In this document: one piece after another, positions 19,169 to 27,749 of the stretch
How the letters are laid out: every line of letters begins with the position of its first letter
Numbering within the stretch: position 1 is the stretch's first letter
Sequence record: NZ_CP088248.1
Source of the DNA: a plasmid
Length of the DNA stretch: 52,774 nt
Strand: one strand, 5' to 3'
Notes under the pieces: model-generated
The model's input: only the letters and a program-made list of their open reading frames with translations
The model's database searches: none
What the model was told of the DNA's origin: nothing
Made by a program: the position numbers and the translations under genes

Positions 19169-19471
19169 ATGCGCTTCATCCATGTTGAGGACGGCCTACG
19201 TCTCCGCTTTCCCGGACGCGATGCAGCGTTCAACGAGGGTGTCGAGATCGGTATCCTGGCCGTCAACTTGGCCAGCGGACGTGGCGAGTTCACGCTGCAG
19301 CTCTCCAGCGGCACACTTGAGCAGGCTCGAGCCCTCGCCGCGCAGATGGGCTACCGGGTGCATGTCGTCCGGAGCGACGAAGCCTGGGCAGGAGTGACGT
19401 TTCTGACCGGCCGTAGGCGACCCAAGCTGACGCTGATCCACAATCCGCCAGAGGCTCAGGCTGCAGGCTGA
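19169..19471 (+). CDS. Hypothetical protein
   Basis: ORF only. No recognisable family. Confidence 0.3.
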   Translation: MRFIHVEDGLRLRFPGRDAAFNEGVEIGILAVNLASGRGEFTLQLSSGTLEQARALAAQMGYRVHVVRSDEAWAGVTFLTGRRRPKLTLIHNPPEAQAAG

Positions 19472-19910
19472 CCAACGGAACGCCCGCTGCCGTGTGGTTC
19501 AACCATTCGGAACAGTGGCGATCTGCTTCTCGGTGACATTCAGAACGAGGTCGGCAACCACAGCCGATCGTGGCGGTTGACCCAAGCAGCTAAAGCCACG
19601 GAGAGCGTTGTGGCCGTTATTACGATCACGATCGGACTGCGCACCGGCACCCGGCTTCTCGCAGCCAACTCAGAACGCAGTGCCGCTAGCTACGCCGAGG
19701 CGGTTGTCTACGCCATACCGCGCGAAGCTCTCCCGGTGCCTCTGGCTGTCTCTTGCCTCGATACAGGCGTCCGCAACCGGCTGACCGAGTATCTGCTCGA
19801 TCTGCAGACCGAATGCCTGCGTATGCCTCTGCCAAACCAGAACGCGTCTGGGGCTTTGGGCTGATTGAAGGGCTTTCCATGCCGCTTCAGTCCTGCCTAC
19901 ATCTCACCCC

Positions 19911-20120
19911 ATGCTTCTGATGAGCGCCAACTCGAATACGCCGCTGTCAGCGGACTCTGCGCCTGACCATGGGCCAATCCTGGACGCCCGCACACGCCTG
20001 CGGCTCGGGCTGCAGCTGCAGGCCATCTACGAGCCGGTGCTGAATGACGTTCTAGATCCACGTCTGGCCGAGCTGCTGCGGCAACTTGAGTGCGATCGGG
20101 ATCAGACACAAGCCGGCTAG
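19911..20120 (+). CDS. NepR-like anti-sigma factor (orphan; no ecfG downstream)
   Basis: LGLQLQAIYEPVLNDVLDPRLAELLRQLE resembles the NepR core LGxxLRxxYxxVxxEPxPDRFxxLLxxL. No ECF sigma gene follows and no phyR precedes it. Confidence 0.45.
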   Translation: MLLMSANSNTPLSADSAPDHGPILDARTRLRLGLQLQAIYEPVLNDVLDPRLAELLRQLECDRDQTQAG

Positions 20121-20297
20121 CTACCTGGGCTGTGGTGTGCCCACGCACTTGAAGTACAAGCTATGCCGTACACGCAACGTCGCAAACCCTTCGAAGGGGG
20201 TTGCCTTGTGCGACGCACCATCTAATTTTGGATTATGCGCAACCGCGATGGCGTCGCGGTCATGCTGCTCTTCTTGAGCGTTTCCTCCCAAGACTTC

Positions 20298-20330
20298 GGG
20301 CCGTCCCCTCACCGGGGCGGCCTTTTTTGT
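20298..20330 (+). terminator. Intrinsic terminator (GC hairpin plus T6)
   Basis: GGGCCGTCCCC-TCACC-GGGGCGGCC followed by TTTTTT. Confidence 0.55.
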
Positions 20331-20709
20331 GTCTTGTAAGTGATCATCTATCCATCTCCGCCGAGCGCAGCAAGCAAGATTTTTCTTAAACGGCCTTCAC
20401 CCATGTGGAATTTTTTATCCAGTTTGAACTTGGCAGCAAAAAACTGGCGATTTGACCGAGCGCGGCAGCGTTCAGCGATCATAGACTGAAGGCACGTACG
20501 GCTGCGGCCAGAGCAGCAAGTCCGCCAAGGGCGACAGCCGAAATCAGCCGGGCACGCGCCCAGGGCCTGAAAGGATTATCGTTACAGGGCTTTGGCGCGC
20601 GACCGGGCCACCTCCGCCATTTACGCTCCGCATTATGAGCATCGAGCATGGCCTGAAGACCTTGCCTATCAGGCTGAAGGAGGCATGACATGAATGACGT
20701 CCTTGGCGG

Positions 20710-21120
20710 CTATTCGCCGTTGGAGCTCTGGACGAGTTGAGCTGTGCTGCGGACGATCGCCAGAACCTCACGACGCACCTGGTCGTCTTCGATCTCGGCG
20801 TAAGCACGCAGCAGCTCAACAGCCCCCTTGGCATGCAGGAAGCCGAGCAGCTCGGTTTGCTCCCGAGCAGTGGGGTTATCGCTATCCTCGAAGAAGGTGG
20901 AGACCGGCACTTCGAGCAACCGGGCGATCTCGCGCAGGCGTCCCGCGCCAACGCGGTTCTGGCCCTTTTCGTACTTTTGAACCTGCTGGAAGGTCACGCC
21001 TACTGCAAGTCCGAGAGCGGTCTGACTCAATCCACGTGCCTTACGCAGCGCTGCAATCCGAAGCCCGACAAGCCGGTCTGCCTCCGTAACCCGCTTCGGC
21101 GGCCCGCTGGAGATGTCCAT
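20710..21120 (-). CDS. XRE family (Cro/C1-type HTH) transcriptional regulator
   Basis: LRIAALRKARGLSQTALGLAVGVTFQQVQKYEKGQNRV is a classic HTH_3. Confidence 0.8.
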   Translation of the reverse strand: MDISSGPPKRVTEADRLVGLRIAALRKARGLSQTALGLAVGVTFQQVQKYEKGQNRVGAGRLREIARLLEVPVSTFFEDSDNPTAREQTELLGFLHAKGAVELLRAYAEIEDDQVRREVLAIVRSTAQLVQSSNGE

Positions 21121-21665
21121 CCTGCTAATCCTAAAATCTTAAATTCACGCTTGTTGTCGAATGTTGATTACAGCTTAATGGCGCTGCAATTTCAAGCGGT
21201 CGCCTTAGCTGCAATAAGGCCATCGGTAGCTCGAAGCTCGTAGATTACTCTCAGTGCGAACTTCCTTTGACTTCGGCATAAGGAACAGCAACGGCCTTCT
21301 TGCCCTCAATCCGCAAATAATGAAATACGATTTTACAGAAATGCGGGTTTGCAGCCTCTCACTAGGGTGCAGCCGCAGAAAGCAGCGTTCCACCATGTCG
21401 TCACAGGGCTGGAGGCGCCCTTGTCGGCCTAGCCGCCGAAAAAATGTAAGATGGCCAGTGGTTTGAGTCCCGACCATTCTGCCAGTTGCGCTGCTGCGAC
21501 TGATGGCACAGCAAAAAGGCCGCCGAGCAGGTGCTCTAGGCGGTCTAATAGGAAAGCGGTCCAGAAAAAGCTTGCCCCGGCGGTATGCTAGGCAGGGACC
21601 GACCGGGGGTTACGTGATAAGTTATGGGGCAACCGACCGAAAAATTCAAGTGAAATCCGCTTTTC

Positions 21666-22340
21666 GTGCCCACCTTCGTTGACGTCCTTTCCAGCGACCG
21701 CTTCGCCACCTACCAGCACTGGGCCGACGGTGATGATGCTCTGGCGCTCCGGCTCTACACCTTCAACGTCCAGCTCTCGGCGGCCCTCTATGGGCCGCTG
21801 CACATGCTCGAGGTGACACTGCGCAACCGGGCTGATGCCCAACTGATGACGGTGTATGGCCCGGACTGGCTCGACGACCCAGTCGCCCTTCCCGGCCGCT
21901 ATCAGCGTGACTGCGTGATCAAGGCCCGCGCCACGCTGCTGGGCGAGCGCAAAGCCGCCAGCCACGGGCAGATGGTGGCCGAGCTGACGTTCGGATTTTG
22001 GACTTCGCTGTTTGGCCGTGACGGGACGCACCTGTGGCAGCATCTTCGGCCTATCTTCCAGGCCAAGGGCATTCAGCGAGGCCTGATCGCCGGGCAGCTG
22101 CGCGACCTCCGGCACCTGCGCAACCGGGTCGCCCACTACGAGCCGATCCTCACCCAGCCCCTCGCCCAGCGCTACGGCAATCTCACCACCCTCACCGGCT
22201 GGCTCTCGCCGACCGCCGCGGCCTGGATCGCCCAGACGTCCGCCTGGGGAGCGCTCTACCCGGCTGTACCGGTGCTTGTGCCGAACGCTGCCGGTGACCT
22301 GCGCGTCGAGCCAGCTGTCATTCCCTTCCTGCCAGCCTGA
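21666..22340 (+). CDS. Abi family protein (Abi_2/AbiD-AbiF-like abortive-infection protein)
   Basis: TFGFWTSLFGRDGTHLWQHL...LRHLRNRVAHYEPIL resembles the Abi_2 signature (FGxW...RNRxAHHE). Confidence 0.55.
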   Translation: MPTFVDVLSSDRFATYQHWADGDDALALRLYTFNVQLSAALYGPLHMLEVTLRNRADAQLMTVYGPDWLDDPVALPGRYQRDCVIKARATLLGERKAASHGQMVAELTFGFWTSLFGRDGTHLWQHLRPIFQAKGIQRGLIAGQLRDLRHLRNRVAHYEPILTQPLAQRYGNLTTLTGWLSPTAAAWIAQTSAWGALYPAVPVLVPNAAGDLRVEPAVIPFLPA

Positions 22341-22954
22341 TATCCGGAAATACGATTTTCCTGTTTTGCGGCGACTGGCTCTATCCTGATGCCGCATGGG
22401 CCAGTCGGCCGTGCCGGCGTCAAGGCACGCTGCGCTCTCCGGCCTTGACCCCATCCCGTCCGACCGGCGGTGGGCTGCCAGTGGGGCAAAGCCCCAAACT
22501 GACCAGCAGAGCTGATCCGCTTCTGCAGAAATCCGCTTTTACGACGGATTGGAGTGGCTTGGGACTAGGCTGCAACCCGTGCCCAGTGCGGAGCGGACGA
22601 ACGCGGCCTTAGGCGGCGTCATGATCGCGGCTGAAACCATCGCCGTCCCGGGCCTGGCAGGAGCCTGATCGGGTCCGGGGGCGCCCTCCCCTACACAATG
22701 GCCGGCGGCTGTGGCGGCACTGTGTGTGAGCGGGCTGGTGTGCCTCTCCCGGCAAGCCAGCCTCTCCCCTGCGGCCAGGCGGTTCGGGAGATGCGCCGGA
22801 GGCTGTCCCGGTCAAGCGGCTGCCCGCTCCGTTCGCGTGCGCTCCCGTGTTGCCGATGACCAGGACCGGCCGGAGGCCTCAGCCCCGCGGCGCAGCAGAA
22901 CTCCCGACCGGCCGCGATGGGCGTGGCCGGTACCAGCAAAGGGAGATCCACACC

Positions 22955-23164
22955 ATGACCCGCACCACCACCAACAACCGTCCGAGCCACGCCGTCTACG
23001 TGGTCGAGGGAGAGGGCGAGAACGCCTTCTGGACCCGGATCGGCGCCGCCTGGGCACATGAGGATGGCGACGGCTTCAACCTTCAGCTCAGCTGCCTGCC
23101 GCTCACTGGCCGCCTGGTCATCCGCAAGCCGCGACCGAAGACTGACGGGGAGCTGGCCCAATGA
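22955..23164 (+). CDS. DUF736 domain protein
   Basis: NAFWTRIGAAWAHEDGDGFNLQLSCLPLTGRLVIRK matches DUF736 (FWTRIGAAW...G.GFSv.LDALPLNGRlV). RBS AAGGGAG upstream. Confidence 0.6.
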   Translation: MTRTTTNNRPSHAVYVVEGEGENAFWTRIGAAWAHEDGDGFNLQLSCLPLTGRLVIRKPRPKTDGELAQ

Positions 23165-23487
23165 GCCGCACCACCGCGATCCAGCGTCTCAACGACGCCC
23201 TACGCTCTCAGCTGACCGGCGGTCGGCTGATGCTCACCCCAGGAGTCAGCCAACTGGCTCCGCTCGACCGGCTGGCGGTGCTGAACCTGATGCGCGATTT
23301 TAGCGCGTTCACGCCGGACAACGATCCTCACGGCGAGCACGACTTCGGCAGCGTCGAGCACAAGGGCACGCGCTACTTCTGGAAGATCGACTACTACGAC
23401 CTCCAGTTGGCGATGCACTCGCCGGACCCGGCCGATCCGGCGGTGACCGTCCGGGTCCTCACGCTGATGCGCGCCGACGAGTACTAA
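23161..23487 (+). CDS. DUF3768 domain protein
   Basis: TPDNDPHGEHDFG...YFWKIDYYD...DPADPAVTVRVLTLM, as in DUF3768. The start overlaps the DUF736 gene stop. Confidence 0.6.
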   Translation: MSRTTAIQRLNDALRSQLTGGRLMLTPGVSQLAPLDRLAVLNLMRDFSAFTPDNDPHGEHDFGSVEHKGTRYFWKIDYYDLQLAMHSPDPADPAVTVRVLTLMRADEY

Positions 23488-24044
23488 CCGGCTGCGCTGC
23501 CCGAACCGCCCTCCGGGGCGGTTTCAGCTTTGGCCATCATGTGGGCCTTCACCCGATTGATCGCCTTACGGTTCTTCCGTGCAAACCGCTGCAGGTGCTC
23601 GAATGCTGTCGCGCTCGATTTCGCTTCGATAAAGCGCTGCTGCCACTCCGGCATACCCTCAATCACAGCCAGAGAGTCGATAATTTTTTCGCGGAGGATC
23701 TTTTTGGGATAGCGCCCCAATAGGCCTCCATTCAAGGCAACTGTCCGCAGCTCAAGAAAATTCATAAACTCCAGGAAGGCAGCATCCTGCTCGTCCGGCT
23801 TGTCACGAGAACGAAGTAGCGCCTGCTCACGCTCAGTCACAGCATTGAACAGCTCTTGCAGGGCCTGCAAATCACCTGCCTTGCGGCCCGCTCGTAGTTG
23901 AGCACCGACGTAGAAGAGGGCTGCAAGAGCGATAAGCGCTTGTAGTGCAGTGCCAGCAGCCGACAGTGCAGCCCACTGTTTTTCATCGAGCAGAGCGTAG
24001 ACTGCGCTTGCGCCCTGGCTGAGCAGCGATAGTGCCGAGTCCAA
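23484..24044 (-). CDS. Hypothetical protein, first of three small minus-strand ORFs (23484..24469)
   Basis: ORF only. One hydrophobic segment. Confidence 0.4.
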   Translation of the reverse strand: MDSALSLLSQGASAVYALLDEKQWAALSAAGTALQALIALAALFYVGAQLRAGRKAGDLQALQELFNAVTEREQALLRSRDKPDEQDAAFLEFMNFLELRTVALNGGLLGRYPKKILREKIIDSLAVIEGMPEWQQRFIEAKSSATAFEHLQRFARKNRKAINRVKAHMMAKAETAPEGGSGSAAG

Positions 24045-24592
24045 TCTCAGGACTTCCCTGTTGCCAAGGGACGCTGAACCACTGGCGGCGGTGCCGGTTG
24101 CGCAGGCTGTGCCTGCTGGGGCAGCGCCGATTGCAGCAAGCGCTGTGGCAAGCGCTGTGGCAAGCTGCGGCGCAGGTTATCGGATGTCATGCCACCATAG
24201 AAACTCATATGCTGATCGAGCAGATCGTCGACGTGCAGGGGGGCAAGCCTGGGCAGTTTAGGGATCATAGCGTCGGCTTAGTCCTTCTTTTGAGGAGGGG
24301 GTGGTGCGGCCGGAGGAGCTGCGGGGGCTGCGGGAGCCGGTGGCGTAGGACGCAATGCGCCGCTGAGGTTGGCTGAAGTCAGCCCACGCTGCAGCAACGT
24401 CGACGATAAGCCATCATTGGCTTGCGTCGGACGACTCGGTTGAGGTCGATCGGGACGGCGAGCTGTCAAATGTAACTCCTAAAGGTTTGATACGCTTGAA
24501 TTAAGCGGTGAATGTAGCCCGAAACCACTTGCGGAACAAACAGGAAACGCACTAGCTTGTGTTGCAAGTGGAACGTGCAGGGGGGTGAATCA

Positions 24593-25081
24593 GTGAGGGT
24601 CGGAGTCAGCGGGCATCAGGCACGGCCAGGCATCGACTGGAACTGGGTAGCTGATGCAGTTCGAGCAGAGTTGGCTCAGTGCTCGACCATCACTCAGGCG
24701 CTTACCTCACTCGCTGTCGGAAGTGACCAGATATTTGCACAATGCGCACTAGAGATGAATGTGCCTGTTCTCGCTGTGATCCCTATCCACAACTATGAGA
24801 GTTTCTTCGAAGGGGACGGACTCGCCCGTTACCGCGAGCTTCTCGCCGCTAGTGAGCGGCTCGATCTTAACACCACCGACGAGCCCGAACCGGCCTTCTA
24901 TGCAGCTGGGCGTTATATCGTTGAGCGTTGCGATCTCCTGTTGGCTATTTGGGACGGTAAGCCTGCTGCTGGTTTGGGTGGAACCGGTGATGCTGTTGAG
25001 TACGCTCTTCAGCAGGGTAGATCCTGCATTATAATTGATCCAATCCAGAAGACCGTTAGCCGCATCAACCGTGGAGAATGA
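24593..25081 (+). CDS. SLOG/LOG/DprA-like Rossmann-fold protein (candidate nucleotide-signal sensor)
   Basis: VGVSGHQARPGIDW...SLAVGSDQIFAQCALEMNVPVLAVIPI...CDLLLAIWDGKPAAGLGGTGDAVEYALQQGRSCIIID follows the G-rich P-loop-like plus xxGxD pattern of the SLOG/LOG/DprA superfamily. GTG at 24593 with GGGGGTGA RBS. The alternative TTG at 24557 lies inside an inverted repeat. Confidence 0.5.
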   Translation: MRVGVSGHQARPGIDWNWVADAVRAELAQCSTITQALTSLAVGSDQIFAQCALEMNVPVLAVIPIHNYESFFEGDGLARYRELLAASERLDLNTTDEPEPAFYAAGRYIVERCDLLLAIWDGKPAAGLGGTGDAVEYALQQGRSCIIIDPIQKTVSRINRGE

Positions 25082-25087
25082 GACCTG

Positions 25088-25477
25088 ATGGCCAAAAAAC
25101 GTGTGTTTGTCAGCTTCGATTACGATCACGATCAATTTCTGAAAACCGCTATCGTCGGTCAGGCGAAGCTGGCGGACAGTCCTTTCGAACTGGCCGACTG
25201 GTCAATCAAGGAGCATCTGACGGGTGACTGGAAGGCTAAGGCCCGCACACGGATCAGGAGCGTCGACATCGTCATCATCATGTGTGGCCAGCACACCCAC
25301 ACAGCTGCTGGTGTAAATGCAGAAATGAAAATCGCGCAGGAGGAAGGGGTGACCTACTTCCTACTCAAAGGGTACGCCGACAAGACATGTACAAAGCCTT
25401 TGAGCGCAACGAGCCGGGACAATCTCTACGCATGGACTTGGGATAATCTGAAGAAGCTCATCGGTGGAGCTCGCTAG
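25088..25477 (+). CDS. TIR-like domain protein (ThsB-like/DUF1863)
   Basis: MAKKRVFVSFDYDHDQFLK... matches the ThsB/DUF1863 N-terminal motif (MAKRVFFSFHYQD). 129 aa. Lies 6 nt downstream of the SLOG-like gene. Confidence 0.65.
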   Translation: MAKKRVFVSFDYDHDQFLKTAIVGQAKLADSPFELADWSIKEHLTGDWKAKARTRIRSVDIVIIMCGQHTHTAAGVNAEMKIAQEEGVTYFLLKGYADKTCTKPLSATSRDNLYAWTWDNLKKLIGGAR

Positions 25478-25479
25478 CC

Positions 25480-26475
25480 ATGAAGAAGGCCCTGGTTGTC
25501 GGGATTGACGACTACCATTCCGCACCTTTGCAAGGGTGCGTGAACGATGCATCTTCCGTAGCGCAGCTTCTCGAGCGCAATGGTGACGGTTCCCCGAACT
25601 TCTCCGTCAGGCTGCTCACCAGTGACAAGCTTGAGGTCAATGCACAGGTTCTGCTGCAGGCCATCACTGAGCTTTTCAGCGGCGATGCCGATACGGCTCT
25701 GCTGTTTTTTGCTGGGCATGGGATCATCAACCCGGAAACGAATGCCGGCTATATCGTCAGTCAGGACGGGCGGAAGCCCAGTTGGGGAGTCACGCTATCT
25801 GACATCCTCCATCTGGCCAACCAAGCGTACCCGCGCGTGAAGTCGAGCGTGATCATCCTAGACAGCTGTCAATCCGGCTATGCTGGTGAAATCCAAGGAC
25901 TTGGTTCGGCAGCGAACCAACCGTCGGTGATCGGTAACGGAGTAACAATCCTGACCGCTTCACATCGGGAGGGTACTGCCGCCGAAGAGGATGGGCATGG
26001 ACTCTTCACTAGCATCCTCCTTGATGGTTTGAGCGGTAGCTCGGCTGATGTAATCGGCCGGATTACGCCGGCATCCGTGTACTCCCATATCGATCAGACG
26101 CTTGGGCCTTGGAAACAGCGTCCTGTTTACAAGGCGAACGTGCAAACCTTTGTAACGCTACGCAATGTGGCTCCAAAGATCCCCCACGAGGTGCTGCGAC
26201 GACTGCCAGAGTACTTTCCAGACCCGGCGCACGTGTTTCAACTGGATCCATCCTACGAGCCTGACCGTGAGAATGTGCCGGAGCGCGTTAAGCACATCCC
26301 GGTCGACGAAGATCACAAGCGTATCTTCAAGGAGCTACAGCTTTGTAATCGGCATGGTCTCATCGTGCCCGTCGATGCTGAGCACATGTACTATGCTGCG
26401 ATAGACTCCAAAGGATGTCGTCTTTCTGCGCTTGGTGCCCACTACAGAAAGCTCGCGATCCTTGGGCGTATATAG
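25480..26475 (+). CDS. Caspase-like (peptidase C14/metacaspase family) protein with an uncharacterised C-terminal domain
   Basis: KKALVVGIDDYHSAPLQGCVNDASSVAQLL...LLFFAGHGI...IILDSCQSG gives the His (AGHG) and Cys (DSCQSG) catalytic dyad context of caspase/metacaspase. Confidence 0.8.
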   Translation: MKKALVVGIDDYHSAPLQGCVNDASSVAQLLERNGDGSPNFSVRLLTSDKLEVNAQVLLQAITELFSGDADTALLFFAGHGIINPETNAGYIVSQDGRKPSWGVTLSDILHLANQAYPRVKSSVIILDSCQSGYAGEIQGLGSAANQPSVIGNGVTILTASHREGTAAEEDGHGLFTSILLDGLSGSSADVIGRITPASVYSHIDQTLGPWKQRPVYKANVQTFVTLRNVAPKIPHEVLRRLPEYFPDPAHVFQLDPSYEPDRENVPERVKHIPVDEDHKRIFKELQLCNRHGLIVPVDAEHMYYAAIDSKGCRLSALGAHYRKLAILGRI

Positions 26476-26489
26476 ATAAGTGAGGGGAT

Positions 26490-26966
26490 ATGAAGGTCTT
26501 CCTTTCTCATCAAAAGGCCGACTCTGAGACTGCAGGGATTATCGCAACTAGATTGAAGCTTTATCACCAAATTGACGTCTATCTGGACGTTGTTGATCCA
26601 AACGCGTCAACAACGGGAGACGATCTAGGAGAGTACTTGCGCCAGCAGCTCTCAATTTGCACCCAGCTGATGGCAGTTGTGTCCGCTGCAACGAAAACCT
26701 CGTGGTGGGTACCGTGGGAAATTGGTGTTGCTACCGAGAAGGATTATCCGATCGCCACCTTTGCGGGAGGCTACACGACGCTGCCCGAATATCTGCGCAA
26801 GTGGCCTTACCTTCAGTCCATGAGTGATGTCGATGCTTATGCTGAGGCAAGCAAGATGGCACAGCGCGAGTTCAAGAACCGGAGAACCTATCAAACGGAT
26901 AGCTTAGCGCGGCGTAGCTCTACAAAAGACTTTTATCGCGTGTTGCGCTCAAGCCTACGTCAGTGA
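26490..26966 (+). CDS. TIR domain protein (TIR_2-like)
   Basis: MKVFLSHQKADSETA...SWWVPWEIGVA matches bacterial TIR motifs (vFiSh..D, S.WC..El). Confidence 0.7.
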   Translation: MKVFLSHQKADSETAGIIATRLKLYHQIDVYLDVVDPNASTTGDDLGEYLRQQLSICTQLMAVVSAATKTSWWVPWEIGVATEKDYPIATFAGGYTTLPEYLRKWPYLQSMSDVDAYAEASKMAQREFKNRRTYQTDSLARRSSTKDFYRVLRSSLRQ

Positions 26967-27559
26967 CTTTGGTTAAGGCATATCCGTGGTCCTCGGCAAG
27001 CCTACTGAGACGTGTGGCCGCCCTGTCCTCTGCTGCGCAGCGCCTCGTTTCGCTAGTGGGCAGACCGTCAGGATGCGGACTGACGCTACAAGGACAAAGC
27101 GTCTAGGATCCAGATAACGACAATGCCCCTCCCCGGTAACACCCGGAGATGGAGGAACCTACACAGAACATCGCCTGAAAGCTGCCCACCCGTTCCTTAT
27201 CTGGTTCCCGGCCGGGCTTTTGCGTTGAGGCCCGGTGGCGGGCGCGGCATACGCCAGCCGCGCCCCTGCCTCGCTGGAGTGGGATCAAGACCAGTGCTTT
27301 GCGATTGAGCCACTGCCAGGGCGCAACACTGCCTTTCCGGAAATCCGCTTTTACGATTATACGCTGATGAGCAGCTGTCAGGTGCGCCAGGTGCTGGCGA
27401 TCATACAGGGGCAGAGACAGGTGGCCCCGGCTCATCCCCGGACGACGTCGCTACGGAACCAGGCCCTACGGGTACGGCCGCCGGCATCCCAGAGGGACCC
27501 TGCCTCAGCGGTTCGGCCGCGATGATGATCCCGCTTCTGTGCGCCGCCTCGAGGGCGGC

Positions 27560-27745
27560 GCTGCTGTATGTTTAAATACGATTTTGCGACTCTGCGGTTT
27601 TCTGGAAATGTGTCCCAGAGGTAACAGGCATCGTGCGCAGCGTTAACGAACCGTTGGCAGAGGCGTGTTTGTGTGAAATCGTGAACCTACAGAAACGGGT
27701 TTGCAGAAAATCGTAAATCCGACGATACGCAAATCCAGAAAGGCG
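27560..27745. repeat. Candidate parC-like centromere/operator region upstream of parA, containing several copies of the TACGATTTT/AAAATCGTA and TGCAGAAA motifs
   Basis: AAATACGATTTTGCGAC (27574..27590), GAAATCGTGAAC, CAGAAACGGGTTTGCAGAAAATCGTAAATCCGACGATACGCAAATCC (27680..27727). Confidence 0.5.
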
Positions 27746-27749
27746 GCGC

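Noticed and set aside
20121-20400. Search for an ecfG (ECF sigma) gene downstream of the NepR-like ORF
   Set aside because: No ORF with sigma-70 region 2/4 features. Only short junk ORFs and a terminator. NepR is therefore called an orphan.
26967-27560. 590-bp ORF-free GC-rich spacer after the TIR gene (hairpins such as CCCGGCCGGG-CTTTTGCG at 27207)
   Set aside because: Contains palindromes but no convincing terminator (no T-tract) or RNA-gene signature. Left unannotated.
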